Notes: generated by a model from the sequence alone, not told the origin. A stretch of 60,108 nucleotides of DNA from a virus (IMGVR_UViG_3300008262_000065:1-60108); one strand, 5' to 3'. Positions 40,868 to 49,191 are shown, counted from the first letter of the stretch. Program-made: numbers and translations.

Positions 40868-42610
40868 TTAGTATTTAACTTGTGTTAATTGAATAGTTGC
40901 AACAACTCTGATTGTGCTTGACGCACCTGCGGTTGATGGTGGGGTAAATTGAATCCTCAATGCTTCATCAGTATCGTTAGCAGTAATAGTAACCGCAGAT
41001 GTACTCATGGTAGTATCTGATTGTGCAGCACCTATAGTTTGAACCGTGCCAACTAAAGATGTAGTTGTATTTAATCTTTTTATTCCAACGTGTCTTTCAG
41101 TTACATAAGATGCTCCAAGTACTAATGTAGAACCGCCACCTACGTTTGTGCATATAGCAGCAATCTGAACTCGTGCCATCCATAGTGTATTGGTAGCAGG
41201 AAGAATAGCCAATACACTTGCTCCATCAAGAAACAAATCAGCAATAGCTGTTCCTGTAATCAGCCTACGCATTTGAATGGTAGCCATCTGAGCATCAGCA
41301 AGTGCAGAGAATTGACCCGCTGAATACGCTTGCATACCATACAATGTAGCGTTTGCATTTCTACCACCTACTATAGATGTAAATTGTTCGTTAAGTTGGT
41401 TTGATAAACCACCACCAATAAAGCCCCAATTCGCACTTACTAAGTTTGTTTGACCACCTACTAATGTAGCATAAGAACCTGAAGCAAGGTTATTTGTTTC
41501 TCCACCACCTACAAAACTATAAGTTCCATTTCCTGTATTGTCATATCCACCTACAACTACGTTTCCATTACCTGTGATTTGATTTGAAAATCCACCACCG
41601 ATAAAGCCCCATTGCAAAGCATTCACCGTATTCTGTTGACCACCTACAATTGAAGTATATATACCTGCATTTGTATTTGTATCACCACCACCAATAAAAG
41701 ATAAACCTGTTGCTGCTGAGTTTATAGTATTTGCAGAGCCACCTCCAATAAAAGAAGATGCTCCTGCAGTAATTATATTTGTAGTACCACCTGCAACTAC
41801 ACCTTGTCCTACTGCAGATGTATTATTTAAGCCACCACCAATAACACTATTTGCTCCTGATGCAACTTGAGTAGCAGCACTTCTTACGTGTTGCAAATCA
41901 ACTGCGCTTGCTCCACGAGCATTACCACCTGTGGCAGTACCATCAGGTAAGTCTAATAAAAATGCACCCGTTCCCTTTGGTATGATTGCAGCATTTACGT
42001 TTGCAGCAGCATTCGTAGAAGACCAAGTAGATGTCGCCTGTGTACCACTACCAAAACCGGAAGTCCAATCTGCTATAGTAGACTTACTATTGAATGTATT
42101 CCAATCAGCAGCAGTGAGCAATCCACGAGTGGATGCATCTGCGTTAGGCATTGTCAATATACCTGTATTTGCAAGACCGAATGTTCCACCTGTAGCACTT
42201 AATGACAATGTTACTGCAGTAGCTACGTTTGATGCGTTACCCACAAAGATGTTCCCATCTGCTAATGTGCTTGTAAGCTTATTATTGAATGTGGTCCAAT
42301 CAGCAGAAACAAGTAAGCCACGAGTAGATGCGTTTGCGTTAGGCATTGTTAACACACCTGTATTCGCAAGACCAAATGCTCCACCTGTACCACTTAATGT
42401 TAGTGCTACTGAAGTGGCTACGTTTGATGCGTTACCAACAAATATATTAGTATCTGCTAATACAGATGAGCCTAATGCAGTTTTAAGGTCGGCTACTGTT
42501 ATTTTTTTAGTCTCTGTTGCACTATTATCCCACAATGGAACTAAGTCAGCAGCACTATCTACTGCACCCGGTAATATTTGTGTGAGTTGAAATATGGTTA
42601 AATCTGCCAT
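40868..42610 (-). CDS. Tail fibre/spike protein
   Basis: Tandem ~57-aa repeat (NIFVGNASNVAT..NASTRGLL..DW..FN) then ~14-aa S.IGGG..N repeats. Confidence 0.75.
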   Translation of the reverse strand: MADLTIFQLTQILPGAVDSAADLVPLWDNSATETKKITVADLKTALGSSVLADTNIFVGNASNVATSVALTLSGTGGAFGLANTGVLTMPNANASTRGLLVSADWTTFNNKLTSTLADGNIFVGNASNVATAVTLSLSATGGTFGLANTGILTMPNADASTRGLLTAADWNTFNSKSTIADWTSGFGSGTQATSTWSSTNAAANVNAAIIPKGTGAFLLDLPDGTATGGNARGASAVDLQHVRSAATQVASGANSVIGGGLNNTSAVGQGVVAGGTTNIITAGASSFIGGGSANTINSAATGLSFIGGGDTNTNAGIYTSIVGGQQNTVNALQWGFIGGGFSNQITGNGNVVVGGYDNTGNGTYSFVGGGETNNLASGSYATLVGGQTNLVSANWGFIGGGLSNQLNEQFTSIVGGRNANATLYGMQAYSAGQFSALADAQMATIQMRRLITGTAIADLFLDGASVLAILPATNTLWMARVQIAAICTNVGGGSTLVLGASYVTERHVGIKRLNTTTSLVGTVQTIGAAQSDTTMSTSAVTITANDTDEALRIQFTPPSTAGASSTIRVVATIQLTQVKY

Positions 42611-42625
42611 TTCGTTTTATTTTTT

Positions 42626-42781
42626 TTATTTCCAAATAAGCTTATCTGAACCTGATGCACTAATTAATATTCTATCTGTAGGTGTCTTCCAAAGTAAAAA
42701 ATTTGTAAGAGAAGGTGGAGCACCACCACCTGTAGTAGCACCACTTATAAAGTTACCTATAGCTATTATTAATCCTGACAT
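42626..42781 (-). CDS. Small hypothetical protein (51 aa, not in ORF track)
   Basis: MSGLIIAIGNFISGATTGGGAPPSLTNFLLWK.. fills the gap between 42783 and 42610. Confidence 0.6.
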   Translation of the reverse strand: MSGLIIAIGNFISGATTGGGAPPSLTNFLLWKTPTDRILISASGSDKLIWK

Positions 42782-42782
42782 C

Positions 42783-43049
42783 TTACCAAAGTGCTAATAA
42801 GTTTGTAGCTGATGTACCCGCTGCCCAAACCTTTACAACTTGAACAGGCACGAACTGCCCGGCTAACAAGCCTGTGAAAGTCACACGGTCACCACCTGCG
42901 GTAGTAACATCAAGGTTGCCTGCACCACCCACATAAATAACACAACCATTGTTCCCGCTACCATCTTGGTTGGAAACACTTGGAATGTCACTTGTGTCAC
43001 TTGGTATAACTGCTGCAGCCCTATAGGCTTGTAATTTTTGATACGCCAT
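42783..43049 (-). CDS. Hypothetical virion-associated protein
   Basis: IYVGGAGNLDV..FVPVQVVKVWAAGT motif common in phage structural regions. Confidence 0.6.
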   Translation of the reverse strand: MAYQKLQAYRAAAVIPSDTSDIPSVSNQDGSGNNGCVIYVGGAGNLDVTTAGGDRVTFTGLLAGQFVPVQVVKVWAAGTSATNLLALW

Positions 43050-43054
43050 TTCTT

Positions 43055-43234
43055 TTAATTGTTTTCTTTTTGCTGATAAGGAAACATACGATTGAGTGTA
43101 TCTTTTCTTTTACCACATCCACAGTCTTTCTTTACTGCTTTCGCCACAGTATCAACGACCTTCTTTACTCCCGTTGCGGTAGTAATCTTTTCTATGGTAT
43201 CTCCAAGACCCTTACTTTCTTCGTTTAGTTTCAT
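43055..43234 (-). CDS. Small basic protein (59 aa, not in ORF track)
   Basis: MKLNEESKGLGDTIEKITTATGVKK..DCGCGKRKDTLNRMFPY. Confidence 0.7.
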   Translation of the reverse strand: MKLNEESKGLGDTIEKITTATGVKKVVDTVAKAVKKDCGCGKRKDTLNRMFPYQQKENN

Positions 43235-43239
43235 ACTTG

Positions 43240-43425
43240 TTACTTAGAAATTAACTTGCTAAGTTGCTTTCCTACTGTTCCGTTCATGATGCATGGGTCA
43301 TTCAAACCTTTGCAGGTTGACTTACTCATCAGGGCTTTCTTATTGCCCATCTTATTCATCACGTTAGATTTATTCTTAGCAATGTCTTTGCTAAGAGTAA
43401 CCCCAATGCCATTTACTTTCATCAT
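43240..43425 (-). CDS. Small basic hypothetical protein
   Basis: Operon-coupled ORF. Confidence 0.5.
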   Translation of the reverse strand: MMKVNGIGVTLSKDIAKNKSNVMNKMGNKKALMSKSTCKGLNDPCIMNGTVGKQLSKLISK

Positions 43426-43439
43426 GGTTGAAGTTGTTA

Positions 43440-43577
43440 TTAGTACATCTTCTTAGCTGCAGCAACTGCTTTCTTAGCAACCGCTTTGCCTACTGCTTTC
43501 TTAGCAGCGCCTTTAACAACTTTCTTTGCTACTGCTTTCTTTGCAGCCATCATGCCGGGGTTCATCATCTTTTTCAT
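43440..43577 (-). CDS. Histone H1-like Lys/Ala-rich peptide (45 aa, not in ORF track)
   Basis: MKKMMNPGMMAAKKAVAKKVVKGAAKKAVGKAVAKKAVAAAKKMY; A-rich leader; promoter box TAACTTTG at 43617-43624. Confidence 0.75.
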   Translation of the reverse strand: MKKMMNPGMMAAKKAVAKKVVKGAAKKAVGKAVAKKAVAAAKKMY

Positions 43578-43625
43578 GGTATTGTTTTTGGTTTTAAATT
43601 TTGACTTTCGTTAGTGCAAAGTTAT

Positions 43626-43979
43626 CTATTTTTTTTTATTAATGTTAGACACTCTGCTTCCCATGCCCACTCTCGACTTCTCAGCCTTCTTAGCTGCAAG
43701 CTTTGATGGACTCAACTCTGATTTCGTTACGGGTGTCTTTGAAGACACTCTCTTGGATGGACGACAATACTCATTGCTGCCACCACCACCACATGGTTTA
43801 CCTGTACGGGTATCAACCCACTTCTCATCCTGCCATCTCTTCAGTGATGTACCTGCCTCAGTCTTACGAACATTGCCCGAAGCCTTGCGACATTTAGCAA
43901 TAGCTTGTGACGCACGTGCCGATGGGAAAACATCGTACTGTGCTTTTACCTTTTTGTAGCAAGCGTCTTTGATAGCCAT
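43626..43979 (-). CDS. Small basic phage protein
   Basis: DACYKKVK..SLKRW..EKWVD..PCG..YCRPSKRVS. Confidence 0.7.
   Translation of the reverse strand: MAIKDACYKKVKAQYDVFPSARASQAIAKCRKASGNVRKTEAGTSLKRWQDEKWVDTRTGKPCGGGGSNEYCRPSKRVSSKTPVTKSELSPSKLAAKKAEKSRVGMGSRVSNINKKK
43733..43748. repeat. 16-bp palindrome copy 7 (in CDS)
   Basis: GTGTCTTTGAAGACAC, read as VSSKT. Confidence 0.95.
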
Positions 43980-44173
43980 TACTTTTTCTTTGATAGAACT
44001 TTTTTCTTAGCAGTAGAATTCAACTCCATGAAGTGGTAAAGGTTTTTACTCGCAGGTGTGTGTGACTTGCCCGTCATTACCTTCCCATTGTGTGCGTGTT
44101 GTGTACCCGACCACTCGGTCCCATCCTTCAGGTAGTGACCTTTGCTCTTCCAAGAATGCTTATCTGATTTCAT
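43979..44173 (-). CDS. Small His/Lys-rich protein
   Basis: HYLKDG..H..MTGKSH..LYH; coupled stop/start. Confidence 0.65.
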   Translation of the reverse strand: MKSDKHSWKSKGHYLKDGTEWSGTQHAHNGKVMTGKSHTPASKNLYHFMELNSTAKKKVLSKKK

Positions 44174-44463
44174 TAGTACTTACCTCGCTTTGATTTTGGT
44201 GATGACTGCGTTGACCCACCCGGACCTGCCCATAATTTCTTACAAGCCCAATATCTTGGAGTCAACTTATCGTTTGCAGTGTCACAACTATGACGAGCCT
44301 TGAAGCTTTTACGTGCAGCAGTAGAATAATTGTGCCCGTATCCCTTGGCACCAAAGTGCAATAGCTTCTCCTCACCACCTGAGCAAGCCTTCACCATCAT
44401 CTTCTTACCCGGACGGTCAGAAGAACGTGGCACGTTACACTTCATTTTACTCTTATCTGCCAT
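44173..44463 (-). CDS. Small basic phage protein
   Basis: KKMMVKAC..HFG..RKSFKARHSCD..RYWAC. Confidence 0.7.
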   Translation of the reverse strand: MADKSKMKCNVPRSSDRPGKKMMVKACSGGEEKLLHFGAKGYGHNYSTAARKSFKARHSCDTANDKLTPRYWACKKLWAGPGGSTQSSPKSKRGKY

Positions 44464-44744
44464 TATCTTTTCTTTTTAGAGTACCCACTTGGCATTTCAG
44501 GGGCACTTCCAAGCCTTGAAAGACCTGATAAACCCACAGAATCCCCCGCTTGATTGCGGTTTGCGGACCTTCCACGGTTGCCTAATTGCTTCTTTAACAG
44601 TGGATTTTCACCCATCATCTGCTTAATTTGAGAGTTTCTGAAGGCAATCTCGTTCAAGTTAGCAGCTAAATTAGCCGTTAATGGTGAATTAGGTGCAGGT
44701 TTTGACAACTGTTCCTCTGATTTTGGTTGATTCTCCTTTGCCAT
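44463..44744 (-). CDS. Hypothetical protein
   Basis: Start reassigned to ATG 44744 (MAKENQ), downstream of a - strand promoter box. Confidence 0.55.
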   Translation of the reverse strand: MAKENQPKSEEQLSKPAPNSPLTANLAANLNEIAFRNSQIKQMMGENPLLKKQLGNRGRSANRNQAGDSVGLSGLSRLGSAPEMPSGYSKKKR

Positions 44745-44749
44745 TATGG

Positions 44750-44767
44750 TAACTTTGTACAAAAGTA
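44750..44767. promoter_or_regulatory. Overlapping face-to-face -7 promoter boxes
   Basis: TAACTTTG (+, 44750-57), TA, then CAAAAGTA (= TACTTTTG on -, 44760-67). Confidence 0.6.
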
Positions 44768-44781
44768 ATAAATTTAATCTA

Positions 44782-45243
44782 ATGGCTTCTAAAAGAAACA
44801 CCCCATCATTCGACTATCTCAAGTATTGGAGAGTTATCAGGTACTATGTAAAGGCTAAATACGGTCTGACACAGGGGGACCTTGACATCTTACTGTTCTT
44901 ATACTCCGAACAATACTTCGGCAAAGACAAGTTTGATGAGTTTAATACCCTATTGTCTTGGGATAAGAACCGATTCAACAAACTTCTACGTGATGATTGG
45001 ATTTCATGCTTCAGAAAGTACAACCAAAAGACCAAAGAGAAGTCACTATACCAAGTATCCTACAAGGGTAAGCGTGTAATTGGGGCTATTTATAAAAAAC
45101 TGAACGGGGAAGAAATCCCCGTCAGCCAATCAAATAACTCTATGTTCGCAAAGAATGTATCTTACACTGATGCAAGATACAGAGAGTTCATTAAAGAGAT
45201 GAATGCCTACTTGAAACAACAACGACATCCCTCTCCTGAATGA
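44782..45243 (+). CDS. MarR-like winged-helix protein
   Basis: KYGLTQGDLDILLFLY..LLRDDWI..YQVSYKGKRVI; only + strand gene in the late arm. Confidence 0.6.
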   Translation: MASKRNTPSFDYLKYWRVIRYYVKAKYGLTQGDLDILLFLYSEQYFGKDKFDEFNTLLSWDKNRFNKLLRDDWISCFRKYNQKTKEKSLYQVSYKGKRVIGAIYKKLNGEEIPVSQSNNSMFAKNVSYTDARYREFIKEMNAYLKQQRHPSPE

Positions 45244-45466
45244 TTGTGTACGGAGTATCTCCGATAACCATCGTATACGAGTGTGACTTGTCGTAGTATA
45301 TCTCATCTCCTGCGCTAATCACCGTCACATCAGTACCCGGTGTCACCACAGTAGCCTTCTTATACCTGAATCCACGGGCATCCTCTGCTGATAGCAGAAG
45401 CCCCGACTCTGTTTTTATCTCTTCGTCAATGTCATTGACGATTATGTTTTTACCTATCGCTATCAT
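45191..45466 (-). CDS. groES: Co-chaperonin GroES
   Basis: IGKNIIV..KTESGLLL..ATVVTPG..AGDEIYY..IIQERDV; start reassigned to ATG 45466. Confidence 0.8.
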   Translation of the reverse strand: MIAIGKNIIVNDIDEEIKTESGLLLSAEDARGFRYKKATVVTPGTDVTVISAGDEIYYDKSHSYTMVIGDTPYTIIQERDVVVVSSRHSSL

Positions 45467-45674
45467 TGTCTGCAGTTGTTGGTAGTTGGTCCTCGTCCTC
45501 GTAGTACTGACAGTCAAGACAGTAATGCTCGTCACCTTTTTTGATGAAACCTGCGTCTACTGCTATGTCCTCAGCAAAACTTTTATCTGAGAATAAACTA
45601 AACCCCGCAATCTCAGATGCATCAGCATTGCACTTGTCACACACTACAGTGAATTTATGGACCCTCTTTATCAT
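45450..45674 (-). CDS. Small Zn-ribbon protein
   Basis: CDKC..HYCLDC. Confidence 0.55.
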   Translation of the reverse strand: MIKRVHKFTVVCDKCNADASEIAGFSLFSDKSFAEDIAVDAGFIKKGDEHYCLDCQYYEDEDQLPTTADNDSDR

Positions 45675-47290
45675 TTTGTATCGTATGCTCTCGCCATCGT
45701 GATGATAGCGTTGGTTGATAGAATTGTTGTTGCCACACTGATGGCGTTCTGCAGTGCTGAACGTGTTACCTTCACGGGGTCAATTACTCCCATCTCAATT
45801 AGGTTCCCTCTCTCTCCCGTTACCACGTTGTAGCCATACCCTTCTTTTGGAATGTCACTCTCGCTATACACATCCTCCAACTTCAGACCTGCGTTTACCA
45901 ATATCTGAATCAACGGAATCTGCAATGAGGCGTGAAGTATTCTCTTCGCCTGCTCACGTTCCTTCGTGTCACCCTCTTCAGGCACAATGCTCAAAGCTTC
46001 TTCGAACAATGCCTTACCTGCACCCGGTAGTATGCCTTCCTCAAGAGCAGACCTTACGGCACACACCGCATCATCTACTCGGTCATATAACTCCTTCTGC
46101 TCAATGTCAGTATTGCCACCAACATGAATCACACCTACACCACCCGTCAATGAGGCAATGCGTGAAAGGATAAAGTCTTTGTCGTGCTTCTTGGTAGCGG
46201 TCTTGTGTGCGTCCCACAACTGAGCAACTCTGTTGTCCAACTCCTCATGGTCCGTTCTGAACTCAGAGTTTATAATCACAGTGCTCTTCGAGTCAACGAT
46301 AATCTTCGCAGCATGACCAAGGTCAGCATACGTTATCATGCTCAAGTCATCACCCGTCTTCTCAGAGAAGTACTTGGCACCAACCGACAATGCAATGTCC
46401 TGCATCAACTCATGCTTCTTGTAACCAAACTGTGGTGGCTCAATCGCACATAGCTTCAAATTGTTCTTCACCACATTCGCTGCCAACGTATTCACCACGT
46501 TCACTGAGCATGGCGCAATAAGCAACAACTTCTTACCCTCTGCAATGATTGGCTTCAACACCGGCTCAATCTGCAGCAAGTTGTGTATCTCAGCGTCACT
46601 GACCAACACCATCACATCCTCATACACACACTCGTCCTTCTTGTGGTCATTGATGAACAACGGTGAGTAGTACCCACGCTGAACCTTGAACCCATGTGTG
46701 CTCTCAGCATATGTCTCAGTGGTCTGCGACTTCTCTACCGTCACAATACCATTCTCCCCAATCTCATTGTACACCTTGGCAATAATCTCACCAATAGACT
46801 TATCGTTATTTGCCGATATAGTAGCTACATCCAACAATGTCTTCTCCGTCAGTTTGACATGGCGTTTGCTCAACTTCTCCAAGATGTTATTGCCTATGTC
46901 CACTATCTCTCGCAACACAATCGTTCTGTTCGTCTCAGAGTCCATCAATTGGTCCCCCGATTTCACAATCGCCTCAGTCAACACAATGGCAGTTGTCGTG
47001 CCATCACCCGCTGAGTTCGCAGTCTTGTCCGCTGCCTCTTTAACCATTCTTACCGCAAGGTTCTCTACCGGGTCCATCAGGTCAATAGCTTTAGCTACCG
47101 TTACCCCGTCCTTGGTCACAGTGATACCGCCCGTGTGTGAAGGTGACTCTATCAACACAGTGTTACCCCTCGGTCCCAATGTGCTCTTTACCGCACCCGC
47201 AATCTTTGAAATACCATTTACTAATTTCTTACGACCTTCCTCGCTGAAGTGCAAGTCCTTTGGTGAATAACCAATTGTACCATCCATCAT
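45671..47290 (-). CDS. groEL: Chaperonin GroEL
   Basis: TLGPRG, VTKDGVTVA, AGDGTTTA, ISANND, GVIDPVKVTRSALQNA. Confidence 0.97.
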   Translation of the reverse strand: MMDGTIGYSPKDLHFSEEGRKKLVNGISKIAGAVKSTLGPRGNTVLIESPSHTGGITVTKDGVTVAKAIDLMDPVENLAVRMVKEAADKTANSAGDGTTTAIVLTEAIVKSGDQLMDSETNRTIVLREIVDIGNNILEKLSKRHVKLTEKTLLDVATISANNDKSIGEIIAKVYNEIGENGIVTVEKSQTTETYAESTHGFKVQRGYYSPLFINDHKKDECVYEDVMVLVSDAEIHNLLQIEPVLKPIIAEGKKLLLIAPCSVNVVNTLAANVVKNNLKLCAIEPPQFGYKKHELMQDIALSVGAKYFSEKTGDDLSMITYADLGHAAKIIVDSKSTVIINSEFRTDHEELDNRVAQLWDAHKTATKKHDKDFILSRIASLTGGVGVIHVGGNTDIEQKELYDRVDDAVCAVRSALEEGILPGAGKALFEEALSIVPEEGDTKEREQAKRILHASLQIPLIQILVNAGLKLEDVYSESDIPKEGYGYNVVTGERGNLIEMGVIDPVKVTRSALQNAISVATTILSTNAIITMARAYDTK

Positions 47291-47312
47291 GTGATTTAAT
47301 TTAAGTGATGTG

Positions 47313-47320
47313 CAAATATA
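47313..47320 (-). promoter_or_regulatory. -7 promoter box for groEL
   Basis: TATATTTG on the - strand. Confidence 0.65.
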
Positions 47321-47339
47321 AAACCTTTAACATGAAAAC

Positions 47340-47470
47340 CATAATGACATTTCTTTACTTTCCCTATTCTCTCTCTCTCTCTCCTCCTTTATTTATTTTT
47401 TTTTATAGTAACAAACTTCTTTTAAAATTGACATTTTTAACATTAATATTAATAATCAATAAGTTAGAAA
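47340..47470. repeat. AT-rich element, second copy of the element spanning the window junction (origin-like)
   Basis: TTTCCCTAT-(CT)n-poly T-..AATTGACATT. Confidence 0.5.
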
Positions 47471-47558
47471 TAAATAATAAGCATTAAAATAGGTTTAGTA
47501 ATGTCGATAATAGAACATAAAAATTAGAAAGTATACCAAACCACCCAAAACACAACCC

Positions 47559-47588
47559 AAAAAAAAAGAGAGCATCGCTGCCCTCTCC
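47559..47588 (-). terminator. Rho-independent terminator
   Basis: AGAGGGCA-GCGA-TGCTCTCT followed by a T-run on the - strand. Confidence 0.75.
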
Positions 47589-47624
47589 AACATATATCCC
47601 AAAGAAATACAATGAAATTAGAGA

Positions 47625-47834
47625 TTAACTCTCTAACCCAAGCATACTTTCCCTCATACTCGCACGTACATCCGCCTCTACCATCATACCAATCTTCTCC
47701 TCCCGCTTACGTGCCTTCCTCGCATCAGCTGCTGCCTGTATACCCATAGTGCCATCAGGCAAGTTATTTATCAAGCGACCATTCTTTACAGTCAACCCCG
47801 GCTGACCTATAAATCCTAATACCTTCTTTTTCAT
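47625..47834 (-). CDS. Hypothetical protein, first gene of the late arm
   Basis: ORF with promoter box TAACTTTG at 47848-47855 and downstream terminator. Confidence 0.65.
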   Translation of the reverse strand: MKKKVLGFIGQPGLTVKNGRLINNLPDGTMGIQAAADARKARKREEKIGMMVEADVRASMRESMLGLES

Positions 47835-47899
47835 AGAATTGTTTTTACAAAGTTACAAAAAAATATTAGATAAGTAGAGGTTTAGGGCTCTACTGCAAA

Positions 47900-48245
47900 A
47901 TACGCAGCGCACCCCCCGTGGGGAAGCCACCCCCTCGGTCAAGGGTGGGGGGTCTGTTTTCGCCTGCGCACCTGCAACTTTTTGGCTTTTTCCCGCAGCA
48001 CCCCCGCAGCACTGCCTGCCTGCCTTATGTGTATGGTATCGGACCTGCTGCCTGCTTACCTGCCTGCTGCCTATGGCTTAACTGCCTGCCGTCCGTCCGT
48101 CCGCACTGCCTGCCTGCATGGATGAATGAATAAGCAGCACCTTGCGCCTGCCTATGGTGTCCTTGAAGACACTATCTGTAGGGTATCAGAACACACAAGA
48201 GACAGAGAGACATCTCTTAGCCCTTTGCCCACTGCCTGCAATCTG
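47900..48245. repeat. GC-rich non-coding region with strand-biased CTGC/CTGCC repeats (possible genome terminus/packaging region)
   Basis: ctgcctgcctgcc, cctgctgcctgc, gtccgtccgtccg etc. at the divergence point of the two arms. Confidence 0.6.
48157..48172. repeat. 16-bp palindrome copy 8 (1 mismatch)
   Basis: GTGTCCTTGAAGACAC. Confidence 0.85.
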
Positions 48246-48354
48246 TAATAAAAGATAGTGCTTCGAGCAGCCCAAACAATGCAGGTACAACATAAGTTCA
48301 ACCCATGTACAAACAAGGCATGAAAAAAAAATTGAAATATTTTTGCCTTGGGTA

Positions 48355-48384
48355 TTGTATTGTACGAAAATTATACTATCTTCG
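48355..48384 (+). promoter_or_regulatory. Probable first early promoter
   Basis: TTG..TATCTTCG (one mismatch to TAnnTTTG) with an A-tract upstream. Confidence 0.55.
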
Positions 48385-48446
48385 TGTCGCCAATGAGGGA
48401 AACCGAGGCACTAAAAACTAACTAACTAACTGAAAATCAACACACT

Positions 48447-49109
48447 ATGAGTAATTTAATGCAAATCGAGCAGGCACTTCTAAGCCTACCACAAGTAAAA
48501 CAAGGTCTTTGCCTTACTGAAATCCGCAGCGCACTACGTGCTGAGACCAATGCACAGAAGCAGAAGTTCACCAAGACAATTGCGCTATCTGTATTGGTAT
48601 CCAAAGCCTATGCTTGGTTCCAATCTGAGGAAGGCAAGGCTATCTTCCGTGAAGAGGGGGTGACATGGACCGCAGAGGATTTCGCAAACAAAGTTTTTGG
48701 GTGGCAAAAAAGCTACTTCAGCAAGGTGAACAAAGCAGGCAAACTACCTGCAGAAACAATTGCCTTGTTCAACGCAAAGTGCGATGAGGCTGAGGCTGCA
48801 GGCGATAAGCCAAACAGAACTCTTGAGGGACTGCACAAGTGGGTGAAGGCAAGTGCCCAAGGTGAAACCGAAGGCAGCGGAAAAGGTGAGGGCGAAGGCG
48901 ATGGACAAGAGGAAGGCGAAGACACAACTGCAGCAGTGGAAGTGCAAGTGCCCACTATTTTGCCCTTTGCTTTCAAGGCAGCGGACCTTGGATTGGGCAA
49001 AAATGTGAGCATCAGAGTGCAACAAGACGGCACTTTGGTGAGCAGCAATACTGCCTATGAAATCAATATGGCGCTTGAGTTCTTGAAGGCAGCCATTGAG
49101 GCGAGGTAA
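48447..49109 (+). CDS. First early gene; putative HTH DNA-binding protein
   Basis: EGVTWTAEDFANKVFGWQKSYFSKVNKAGKLP resembles a ParB/Spo0J-type HTH; acidic linker. Confidence 0.5.
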   Translation: MSNLMQIEQALLSLPQVKQGLCLTEIRSALRAETNAQKQKFTKTIALSVLVSKAYAWFQSEEGKAIFREEGVTWTAEDFANKVFGWQKSYFSKVNKAGKLPAETIALFNAKCDEAEAAGDKPNRTLEGLHKWVKASAQGETEGSGKGEGEGDGQEEGEDTTAAVEVQVPTILPFAFKAADLGLGKNVSIRVQQDGTLVSSNTAYEINMALEFLKAAIEAR

Positions 49110-49121
49110 GCACTATGGGGG

Positions 49122-49137
49122 GTGTCTTTAAAGACAC
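49122..49137. repeat. 16-bp palindrome copy 9 (before ribozyme 1)
   Basis: GTGTCTTTAAAGACAC. Confidence 0.95.
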
Positions 49138-49142
49138 CTCTC

Positions 49143-49191
49143 GCGTCCAAGGGTGAGTGCCCTTGCTGATGAGTCCAAGAGGACGAAACGC
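49143..49191 (+). ncRNA. Type III hammerhead ribozyme 1
   Basis: GCGU-C | CAAGGG-UGAGUG-CCCUUG | CUGAUGA | GUCC-AAGA-GGAC | GAA-ACGC; predicted cut after GUC at 49147. Confidence 0.95.

Noticed and set aside
41931-42590. 219-aa + strand ORF, and similar antisense ORFs over groEL (45754-47270) and the early genes
   Set aside because: Shadows of real genes caused by codon bias; no promoter, leader or motifs
47918-48133. 71-aa ORF with CLP repeats
   Set aside because: Translation of the CTGCC DNA repeats; GTG start without a leader
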